Positions 1-11,300 of a stretch of DNA of 64,000 nucleotides are shown here, in pieces. The notes beneath the pieces were generated by a model that saw only the letters and a list, made by a program, of their open reading frames with translations, ran no database searches and had not been told where the DNA came from. The stretch is from contig OX597824.1 of NCBI GenBank assembly GCA_951406725.2, forward strand, positions 66,464,001 to 66,528,000, given 5' to 3'. The position numbers were made by a program, and so were the translations under genes. The DNA is from Octopus vulgaris. Taxonomy: Eukaryota. Every line of letters starts with the position of its first letter. Position 1 is the stretch's first letter.

Positions 1-520
1 AATCACACAGCTATAACTGCACCTCTGATTAACAAAACAAGATAAGCAAAAGCTTTTATGCTTAATAATAAAACAGTTTCTTTTAAAGCTCTCCATGCAG
101 AATGAAATTACTTTTATATTCAGTTTTCAGTGTATCACAAAGTCAAACAGATTGAGAACCACTGATTTAAACAATCTTGAAGACAATATATATTACTATA
201 CATCAATAATAATATTGACACGTGAGTGTAATTTGAGATAATTTTCTTTTCTTTTTTTCTGTATTCAGGTGCAGGCATGGATGTGTGGTTAAGAAGTTTA
301 CTTTCCAATAAATGGGTTTCTGGTTCAATCCCGCTACATGACACCTTGAGTGAGTTTCTTCTATTACAACCTGGGCTGACCAAAGCCTTATTAATTGATT
401 AGGTAGATGGATTACAATTGACTCCAGTGCTCAACTGGTACTTATTTAATAAAGATGTTACTGATTGAAAAAGCTCATCATACATACACACACACACATG
501 TATGTATATACATGTGTGTA

Positions 521-735
521 CGAGGAGGTGCTGAAAAGTTCCTGGCTTTGGGTAAAAGAAAATAAAGAGGATCAGTTAATTATAATTTTATTCAACATAT
601 TCCCATCTCAGATTCATACACTTATTGCAGTGGCCCTTCAGTTTTTCTAATCCCTGTAAAAGAATTCGGAAGGTTGGGCCTTCAACCACACCTTTCGCAA
701 TACCCTTAAAGCCAGGAATTTTTCAACACCCCTCA
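521..735. mobile_element. Mariner-type MITE (about 215 bp)
   Basis: Imperfect ~28-bp TIRs CGAGGAGGTGCTGAAAAGTTCCTGGCTTT / AAAGCCAGGAATTTTTCAACACCCCTCA, TA on both sides, no ORF. Confidence 0.8.
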
Positions 736-2599
736 TATGTAAATAATGGATGCAGTATACATAGAAGCAGAAGTTGATAGGATCAATGGTGGTTTTGTGT
801 TTTATTTGTATTTTTTTTATCTTTCTTACACATCTATGTCACCCTTCTTATAACATATTGTATATATGAATATGCCCAGGGGAAAAATAAAAGTAAGTAT
901 TATTATTATTTTTATATTTTGAGGTTGGTGTGTTGGTGGATTTATAGTGTTGGACAAAATGTCTTGTATTATTTAGTCATGTTATTTTACGATATGTGTT
1001 CAAATCTCATCAAAGTCGACTTTGTCTTTCATCTTTCCAGGGATGGAAAGGGGTGACAAATAAAGTAGCAGTCAAGTACAGGAGTTCATATAATATACTA
1101 TAAACCTCACTCCTCATGTGTTTTATGTTAGAAATCATTATTATCTTGTACTTTTATGTTTTGTATAACTGAACAGTCTTTGTACAAGAAGTAATAAAAT
1201 AACCTCACTGGAAAAAAATTAATTAAAAATTAATTAAGTAAAGGAATAAAAAGAAGTTTGAACAATAAAATGTCACAGCATTTAAAAGTTTACTGGGAAG
1301 TTTTAATTCATTTTCAGTCAATTTCTATTCCATATTCTTTAATATGTAAGCACCCGAGACTCATTTTTAATAGGATAACATTTTCAATGTTATGATGTAA
1401 GTTGAATGATATAAAGGTCAACAAGTTCATTCTAATGATGCTGAGTTTGTGGGTGGGTGTAGGTCATTAAACGGTAGAGAGGGAAGTGATGATGGTGGTG
1501 GTGCTAATGTTTGTTGTTTGCCTAGGGTTAGTGTTGTTGTTGATGATGTTGATGGTAAGGTAATGGAAGGGCTGGTTATTGAATGGTAGTAGTGTTGCTG
1601 TTATCCTTATTGTTTAGCCCTAGGTCAGTCCTGCTTGAGCAGACCACCTATGATCAAAAGCATTTCAACCATGACCATCCCACTGTGACTAAATTTGGAG
1701 AGTTTTACAAAAATGGAGAACATATTGTCCTCCTTTTTCTTTTTCTTAGTGTAATTTTCTTCTTCTTGTGTGTAATTTGAGAGAATTTGACTGCTATTTC
1801 TAGCAGATTGAGTGTCCATGTAGAGGCAACTTCTTGATGTTATTGGTAGTGGTGGTCAGGTGGTAGAAGTATTGCTCATTGAACAGTGGCAGTGGTTCAG
1901 TAATAGTCATTGATACTAGTGGTGAAGATCCTAGAAGTTGAGTGATGGTGGAGATTGGAGATGGTGTTAGTGATGAAGGTGTTGAGGGATGGCTAATGGT
2001 AAATAATAACAGTGAAGGTGGTAGTGGTGGTGGTAGCAGGTATTTGGACACAACTTCTTTTAGTGTTATCCTTTTACTTTGTTTTTACTGACCTACTCCA
2101 GTCTTTGCTGCTACTAACATCGTTCCACAGCTAGAAACAAGACTGTTCTTGAAAATTAGCTGAGTTTCTTGCTGAAGGAGGAGAGAAGGCTAGCTGACTG
2201 TAAAGCTGATGGTAATTGACGTGTCATTATTAGCTGCAGATATGCTAGAGGAGGAGAACTGAGAGTATGAAAGGTGGAGGGGAAGGCAATGGAAATGGAG
2301 TAGAGAGGAGATGTTTGGTATTATGTGGAAGGGATAGTGGTGTAGGAGAAGGAGCAGTGTATGTGAGTGTGTGTGTCTGTGTGTGTTGATGGTGTGGAAA
2401 ACATAATGGTTTGGATGAGGATGGTGTGTGGTCGCTGGTATGAAGTAGAGTGGCTGATGTGGAAAGGAATCTACTGTGAACTAGGATGGAAGCTTAAAAT
2501 ATAACGCTCCGTCACCTTGTAATAATAATGAACAACAACAACAACGACAATAGCAATTATTATAATAGTTTTCCTCTGATGTTTTTATATCAGCAGAAA

Positions 2600-3418
2600 A
2601 CCACGAATTTGCAGAGATGGGTGCAATCGATTCAAATTGACCTTATCGCATGCCAGGGATTCCTTTTATTGATCCTGGAGAGATGAAAGGCGAAAACAAA
2701 CTCCATGGTATTTGGATGACAGAACAGACTAAATACTATTAGAGATTTAGTCTGCTGATACACTGTTAATACCACTCCAAGATGATGATGATGATGATGA
2801 CAACAACAACAACAATAACAGCAATGATAATAGCTATTTCTACTATAGACACAAGGTTTGAAATTTGCAGGGAGAGAGCTATGTGATTATATTAACCTCA
2901 GTGCTCGACTGGTACTTATTTTATTGACCCTGAATGGATGAAAGGCAAAGTCAGCCTTGGTGGAATTTGAACTCAGAACATAAAGACTGTCAAAATGCTA
3001 CAAAGCATTTCATCTGGCAAGCTAATGATTTTGCCAGTATCCTTTCCACAATAGGCACATGGCCTGAAATTTTAGGGAAGCAGGGTAGTTGATTACAATC
3101 GTCTCCAGTGTTCAACTGATTCTTATTTAACCCTTTCATTACCAACCTGGCTGAAACCAGCTCTGGCTCTGTAGTACAAATGTCTTGTTTTCATAAGTTT
3201 GGAATTAAAATCTTCCACCAAACCTTAGTCACAATTTATGTTCCTAATACTAGCTGAATGATAACTAAGTTATTTTACAAAATTCCTTGTTATATTTAAA
3301 GTAATTGAAAGAAACACAGAGCATCTCAAAATAAATACAGTAACAAAAGGGTTAATAGACATCTCTAATTGAGACTTGAGCGTAGCTTATATAAATTAAA
3401 GCAAAATTTAATAATAAC

Positions 3419-3456
<38 letters not shown>

Positions 3457-4283
3457 TAAAAATAAAAAGAAGAAATGATAATAGTCCAATATACTATAGG
3501 CACAAATCTTTAGGGGAGAGGGTTAGTTGATTACATTGGCCTAAGTGCTCAGCTGGTATGTATTTAACCATAGTGTCTCTGGTTGAGACTTTGGAGTAGC
3601 TTATATAAATCAAAGCAAAGGCAAAAACATAATGATAATAATAATATTAATAATAATGCGAATAACAATGGTTTCAAATTTTGGCACAGAACCAACAGGA
3701 AGAAGTTGATTACATCAAGTTTGGTATTTGACTGGTACTTATTTTATCAACCACAAAAAGGATGAAAGGCAAAGTTGACCTTGGTGGAATTTGAACTTAG
3801 AATGTAAAGCTGGGAGAAATATCATTAAGCATTCTGTCTGGTGTGCTAACAATCCTGAAAGCTCGCTGTCTTTTATAGTTTCTATTATATGCACAAGGCC
3901 TGATATTTTGGAGAAGAGGGCTAGTTGATAACATTGACCTCAGTGTTCAACTGGTACTTATTTCATTGATCCCAAAAGGCAAAGTTGAAAGTGGAATTTG
4001 AATCCAGAATGTAAATAGCCGGAAGAAATGCCACTAAGCAATTTGTCTTGTGTGCTAATGATTCTGCTAGTTCACTGCCTTAATAATGGTTAAAAATTTT
4101 AGCCAGCAAGTTTGGGGGAAGAGGGTAAATTGATCCCGGTACTCAGCTGGTTCTTATCTATCAACACCAAAAGGATGAAAGGCAAAGTCAGCCTTGGCAG
4201 AATTTGAACTTAGAATGTAACGATGGATGAAATGCCACTAAGCATTTTGCCCAGTGTGCTAACAGTTCTGCTAGCTCACTGCC

Positions 4284-4334
<51 letters not shown>

Positions 4335-4550
4335 GTTTCAAATTCTGCCACAAGGGCAGCAATTTTGTGTGAGGGAATAAGTCGATTACATCAGCCCCAG
4401 TTTTTCACTGGTACTTAATTTATTGACCCCAAAAGGAGGAAAAGTAAAGTCGACCTCGGTGGAATTTGAACTCAGAACATAGTGGCAAACAAAATACTTC
4501 TAATTATTTCGCCCAGTGAGCTAACAATTCTGCCAGCTTACCGCCTTCTT
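2600..4550 (-). mobile_element. Head-to-tail cluster of several whole and partial tRNA-derived SINE copies (family B) separated by (AAT)n/(GAT)n
   Basis: Repeated ctggtacttattttattgacc...aaaggatgaaaggcaaagt(c/t)gacct(c/t)gg(c/t)ggaatttgaactcagaa unit; its reverse complement carries a B-box-like GAGTTCAAATTCC. Same family as 63487-64000. Confidence 0.8.
3131..3351. mobile_element. piggyBac-like MITE, copy 1 (about 220 bp)
   Basis: TTAA on both sides (3127-3130, 3352-3355), CCCTTT...AAAGGG termini with ~12-bp TIRs; closely similar copy at 43868-44087. Confidence 0.85.
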
Positions 4551-4850
4551 AGTAGTAGTAGTAGTAGTAGTAGTAATAAATCTTGGAGTTTATAGAAACT
4601 GAAAAATAGGAATTTTGTGATTGTAATGTACTTCCTAATGAATGTAAACTAATGTAAGTGGTTCTAACTGAAGTCAAAACCTGGACTGCCAATTCAGATT
4701 AGAGGAACAACTGCTTCAGTCAGTATTTCAATGAATATTCTCCACTTTCATTACATAAGTATTTATACAAGGTACATAGTAAAACAATGTTGAAAATAAA
4801 TAAATAAATATAACAAACAATAAAATTAGCAAAAAACGCTTCCCAGCAGC

Positions 4851-4856
4851 TTTAAT
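4851..4856 (-). promoter_or_regulatory. Candidate IFT43 polyadenylation signal (ATTAAA)
   Basis: ATTAAA on the minus strand about 345 nt after the stop, followed by U/GU-rich sequence. A second ATTAAA lies at 5057-5062. Not verifiable without transcripts. Confidence 0.35.
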
Positions 4857-4949
4857 GAAGTTGGTTACAGTTTATACTCATATGCATACACAGAAACGCA
4901 GACATTCCCATACTTACAAACACACTGCATGTATACACACATGCGTACA

Positions 4950-4950
4950 T

Positions 4951-4985
<35 letters not shown>

Positions 4986-4989
4986 CTCC

Positions 4990-5034
<45 letters not shown>
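4950..5034. repeat. Compound (CA)n-(CT)n microsatellite in the presumed IFT43 3' UTR region
   Basis: Directly visible; representative of dozens of (CA)n, (TA)n, (GA)n, (AAT)n and (GAT)n tracts in the window. Confidence 0.9.
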
Positions 5035-5036
<2 letters not shown>

Positions 5037-5199
5037 GCAAGCATTTCCAGCATACTTTTAATGATATAAATTCTTGACAGTATTCCATTTGAAAAGATAT
5101 TTTCTTTCTGAAAAATTCCTACAAATGTAGTTTGGCAATGAAAAAAGCACACATTGGATAATTTGACTGAAAAGTAGACAAGATGCCCAAGCAGAGTCT

Positions 5200-5304
5200 C
5201 TATAACAGCTCAGTAATCGGTGAAGAAGAGTTCTTATCTTTTATATTGGCAATTTCAGAAGAAACCTCAGTGAAGAGTTGTTCCCAGTTCCATGGTTTAT
5301 CTTC
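5200..5304 (-). CDS. IFT43: IFT43 last coding exon 9 (EDKPWNWEQLFTEVSSE...TELL*)
   Basis: Acceptor ttttttacaactacag|, TAG stop at 5202-5200; signature WxWxxLFTEVSSE. Confidence 0.96.
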   Translation of the reverse strand, partial: EDKPWNWEQLFTEVSSEIANIKDKNSSSPITELL

Positions 5305-8300
5305 CTGTAGTTGTAAAAAAACAGGGAGTTATCATTTACAAGGTTCAATCACACATTGTGTTTCTTACTCTCTACTTCATTCCTTTCCCAAACCCTCTCT
5401 CTCTCTGTCCCTCTCTTGTGCCCTTGTTCTGCCATCAATATCAGCTTTGCACTGAGGCAATGCTATAGACAATGGTAGTTAGCAATGGTTATAGACAATG
5501 GTAGTAGCAATGGTTATAGCTAATTCAAAACAATATCTACCCCTTCTGTTGTTGTTTAATCTCATTCAACCTTAATTAAGCAGACATATGATGATAGTCA
5601 TTCTAGCTATGACCATCCAGTTTATATATATATATATATATATAGCTTTCTATCAGTTATGACAATATGGATTCCAATTCATCTGATCAACAGAACAGCC
5701 TGCTCATGAAATTAATGTGCAAGTGGCTAAGCATTCCAGAGACACACGTGCCCTTAATGTAATTCTCAGGGAGATTCAGTGTGACACAGAATGTAACAAG
5801 GCTGGCCCTTTGAAATACAAGTACTACTCATTTTTGCCAGCTGAGTACACTGAAATAAATGTGAAATAAAGTGTCTTGCTCAAGGACACAATGTCCCACC
5901 AGGAATCAAACTCATGACATTCATTTTGGAGACAGCCCATCTCAGGCAGTATGTCTAACAATAGTCATTTGGTCAGCTGTGTGGTTCAGAAGTTTCTTTC
6001 CCAACCACATGATTTCATTATCAGTCTCATAATGTGACACCTGGGCAAGTGTCTTCTACTATAACCCTGGGTTAACCAAAGCCTTATGATTGGATTTTGT
6101 CAACAGAAACTAAATGAAACCGCACATGTGTGTGTATGTGTGTGTGCGTGCACACGTATGCTATCATATCTCTTTGTCTTGGCATTGTGTGATAGTTGTG
6201 AATGAGCATTGCTGTGATACAAGTGATGTTTATTTCCAATCTTCTGAGAAGACATATCAGGCCATGGGGAGAAAAAACACAGTCAAATACCCAAACCATG
6301 CATCTTCACATTTAGAGTATCTAAGACTACATTGTCCAATAATGTCCTTTTTTTTAAGACAGTGGTGTAAGCAGATTGAGAAACCACTCAGACGTTTTCT
6401 TGTCAGTGTGCTATCTTCGTTGGGACCACATGCTTTGAGACTAAAATCTTTGGATACCATGCCTTACAGCTGAGATAAAAACGAAACCAATTAAGGGAAA
6501 CAATATAGTCGCTCAACTTATTATAAACCACAGCCATATGACCCTTAAATCATATCCTAGTGCCTTAAAAAGAAGACTATATTAGACAGTGTAGTCATGG
6601 ATACATGAAAAGATGAGATAATTAGAACTGGAACACTTCTGATCAAAGATTTGTTTGATAAGACCAACCCATGCCAGTATGGAAAGTGGATGTTAAAAAG
6701 ATGATGACCTGAGCTCAAGGTTAGGTTTAGGCTGACTGTTGCTTTAAGTAAAATCCAACAATAATGCCTCTTTAGCCTTTCCATCACCCAACAGGCAAAG
6801 CCTTAAGATGTCTTAAGTACTGAATATGAAAAACAAAGATTAAAACTTCAGTTTTCTTCCAGATCATCTCCTCGACCAGATTTCAACAACTATATTACTT
6901 ATACTATATTACTGCTTTTTAAAATTTTATATATTTAACACTCAATAGCACTAACCAATATAAGTAAATTATTTGCTTATAACAAGGGCTGCATATGTTC
7001 AGCATCCCAGTAAAGATTAATGCAGACTTAGCTGGAAATTAACATAATCATTATTCTTTTGATGTTCATTTTCCATGAGTGAGACAGAATTTGTTGAGGT
7101 GGATTTTTCACAGCTGGACGTCCTCTCTATAACCAATCCTCACTTGTTTACCCCATGGCCTGACATGTCTTCACAGAAGATTGGAAATAAACATCACTTG
7201 TATCACAGTGATGCTCATTCACAACAATCACACAATGTCAAGACAAAGAGATATGATAGCATGCGCGTACACACACACACGCGTGTGGTTTCGTTTAGTT
7301 TCTTTTGACAAGATCCAATCATAAGGCTTTGGTTAACCTGGGGTTATAGTGGAAGACACTTGTCCAGGTGCCACATTATGAGACTGATAATGAAATCATG
7401 TGGGTGGGAAAGAAACTTCTGAATCACACGGCTGACAAAATGACTATTGTTAGACATACTGCCTGAGATGGGTTGTCTCCAAAGTGAATGAAGCTTTGAA
7501 TGAAGTGAATGAAGAATAATACTAAATCATTATGCAAAGCTCATGACTCTATCACATTGTTAATAAATGTGGATTAACTAATGAAGATAATTTAGTACAT
7601 CGTTATTGCTGCTGTTTGGTCCCAAGTCAACTAATGTGGCCTTTAATTCACTGCAATTTCTAGCAGGGCATGTGATCATGCAGCAGCTCCCATGTCGACC
7701 TGTTAAATGTGGATTAATTGATGAAGGTAATTAGGTTGCTGCTGTTGTTTAATCCTCAGGTAACCTGATCTCAGTACATCTGTGATCAAAGATATTCCAG
7801 CTGTCACCATTCTCTCAATCTATAGGTGTCCACAGCTACATTATCCAATGTGTCTTTTTTGTTTCCTTTGTGTTTTTTTTGAGACAGTAGGAGTGACTCT
7901 GGCAGTTCAAGGCTTCTTTCTTAGCTTGAGATAACATATGCATGTATATTGTGTCAGATCATTCATAGAGCTACTGGTAACATGTAACCCAGTACAACTT
8001 GCTGCATGTTCAGGCTGTTGGTGACAGAACTAGCAACACTAGCAAGCCTGCTTGGTAAGGAGAATGGTTTACATTAGACACCCTGTGAGGTGAAAAGCAA
8101 AACCTGTCAAAGGATGAATGAACTCAATACAATCAACAGTCAGGAGACCTCCAGTCTTAGTTTAGATATGTCTCTAGAAGAAAGAAATTCTGACATAACA
8201 CCCACTTTGTTTTGAAACTGGAGATTTTACTCTAGCTTGTTTCTGGATTACTTAGTTTTGTGAGTGAGAGTCTTTGCAAAGTTGTGTTTGGTATTACTGA

Positions 8301-11300
8301 CTTTAAATTTCAGCACTTGCATTGCTGATATTCATTGTCTTTAACAACTAGGAGTGGCTGTGTGGTAAGGAGCTTGCTTACGAACCACATGGTTCTGGGT
8401 TCAGTCTCACTGCATGGCACCTTGGGCGAGTGTCTTCTACTATAGCCTCGGGCTGACCAAAGCCTTGTGAGTGGATTTGGTAGATGGAAACTGAAAAAAG
8501 CCCGTCGTGTTTATATATATATGTGTGTGTGTGTGTGACTGTGTTTGTCCCCCCAGCATCGCTTGACAACCGATGCTGGTGTGTTTATGTCCCCATAACT
8601 TAGCGGTTCGGCAAAACAGACTGATAGAATAAGTACTAATCGATTAGTTCGACTAAAGGCGGTGCTCCAGCATGGCCACAGTCAAATGACTGAAACAAGT
8701 AAAAGAGTAATGAGTAAGATAAATTGTCAGTGATGGTCATACTTGTCTATGAGTTGACAGCTCCCATATACATACATACCTGCATGCATGGATATTGCCT
8801 TTGTAAATTGTGAAGGACTCTGGTAAATTGGCTCAAAACAGATAATTTACACTGAACTTAATGAATGTACAAATATACTGTAAAGAAATTTTTAAGGAAA
8901 CAATCAGCTCACCTCAATTAGATCTGATTCTGGTAACAAGCACCTGGTTAACATCTTTAAATCCACCTCATTGTCCTGAGAAATAATAATAATTATTTAT
9001 GATGATACTTGTTTAAGTTTTCTTCATTGTATTGGATACATAAACACAATACTGAAGTTACAGCAAGACACCTATCCCTGTCCCTCTATATCTCTAATCT
9101 CTCCTCAACTGGTAAAAAGCCCTACCCTCTCTATTACTCTCTCCTCCCAATTGAGGGGTCTTCGTCTAGCAAGTTACTTTGTGACTCTGTCGGTGCTGGT
9201 GCCACATAAAAAGCACCACTGCTGGTGCCATGTTAAAAGCACTGGTGATGGTGTCACATAAAGACCACTAGTGCTTTTCCATTCTTTCCCATTCCCTCAG
9301 CAGTTCAAAGGTTCATTTATAAATCTAAGAGCTTGACAATGATTGTAGAGAATATTCATGTCACCAATGTTCTAACTTTCAACCATATGTTGACAGATTT
9401 TTTTGACATTTTCTCTCATTTTCATTTTCTGTTCTATCCTGGACATGCTCTCTTATCTGTTGTGAATACTCACTGTATTCTCTTTGATTCATATTTTTGT
9501 TTCTATGCTGCAGCTCCCATGCTTATCGTAGTGATTTTACCCTCTGTTTTTATCTATGTCCTTGCCTGTACTGTTTCATTTATTTTCTTGTTAGCTTACA
9601 TCATCTATCATCATCATTATTTAATGTCCACCAACATGATAGAAGTCCAGAAGCCTGGCTCCCTCCTCATTGTGGGAACCAAATCCATTGCCACCATGCA
9701 CACCATGAAAGCTCCCTGGATATTGTCCAACATGCCTGTTGAAGTTGCCAGCCACAAAGAGAAAATCTCTCTCATTCGTCGATGAGGTAGTCTGCAAGAG
9801 GGTGTCATAAAATCGGTCTTTCTGTTCATCAGGTAGCCCTGGCTGAGGGGCATAGGTGAAGATAATGGTTGTTATTTCATGTTAGAGCACTTTTATTATT
9901 TTAACTGGTAGCACTTGCATGTGCAAGTTGTTTGCAAGACATCAGAGACTCTGACTACCTTGATTATCTTATTAACCCATTTCTCAGCAAGGAGTGTACC
10001 CATGCCTGCAACCCCATCACTGTTCCCTACCCAGAAAATCTTATACCTATGTTCTTTGCATGTGAGGAACCTAGCAGAACTTCCTCTCCACCTTACCTCC
10101 TGGATGCAACACTTCTGTTCAAGCATCTCAACAATCTCATTAGACCTAACCTTTCAATGTGCCAACTCTGAGGGTGTGGAAGGTGTGGGCTGGCAAGACC
10201 CATGGATGGGGAACAGCAGTATTATGCATCTGAAAAGAAAGTTTGCATGTGTATTTGGCAGACATCATAAACAATCAAATAGGCTTCAACCTGCATACAT
10301 TTCACCATCGTTATATTTACTTAATAATCACTATGTTTAACAGGAGATAGACACTAGACAGGGATGGCGGGGGAAGCGTTCTGTATAGGTAGCTGTTATA
10401 GGTGCTTAGGAGAAATACATCCAGTAGAGGTTTAGAGGAGAGAGACTTCTGGTAGAGGTTAGAGGAGAAAAACTTCCGGTAAAGGTGGTGGGGGTGGGTT
10501 GGGAGGGTGCACTGTGGAATGACAAAACACTATAACTGCCCTATCCCCTAGCTGAAGCCAATGAAGCATAGACACAGACAAAGCAAAAGCCACTGATTAA
10601 TAATCAACATGGCAAAGCAAGAGGGTAACAAACTAGGAGAGAGAGAGAGGGTGAAATTTTCAAGAATTAGGGCTGTAGTCGAGGAAACAGTAGAACTTTT
10701 GGATAGGATAGTGGGTAATAGACAAACAATTGAAGAGATGGGATTTTCAAGATTCAGAGCAAGAGTAAACAGAATTGAACAATTGGATTTCATAACTTTT
10801 CTATAACACAGAATAAGCGACACTTTGTAGCATAGATAACTAAATGAATAATAGTAATAATTATAATGAGCGCTATAGAGTGAAACCGAGTTGAACATTT
10901 GCATTTCTTAACTTTACTATAACTATAACATAACATACAGCATGGAGTAAACAAAACTTTGTTACTAAATAGATAAATAAATGAACAACAATAATAATTA
11001 TAAGGAGCGTTAAAGTGAGAGAGAATTAAATATAGGCTTTCTTAAGTTTACTATAATACACGGCATGGAGTAAATGAAACTGTATGGGTAAATAGATAAA
11101 TTAATGAATAATAATAGTAATTATAATTAGTGCTATAAAATGTGTCAGGTTGGAAAACAAAAGTTGCTTATCTGAATATTATCGCTTTGTACTTTGTGGC
11201 TGAGATTGCACTTCCTGAATAATAATGATTTCAAATTTTGGCACAAGGCCAGCAATTTCGGGAAAGGAGTAAGTTGATTACATTAAACCCAATGTTCAAC

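Noticed and set aside
9333-9785. 150-aa hydrophobic ORF resembling a membrane protein
   Set aside because: Partly antisense to the RTE relic and T-rich in composition; no splice or domain support.
10830-11140. CRISPR-like repeat-spacer array
   Set aside because: Eukaryotic context, and whole units are homologous with no unique spacers; it is an ordinary diverged tandem repeat.
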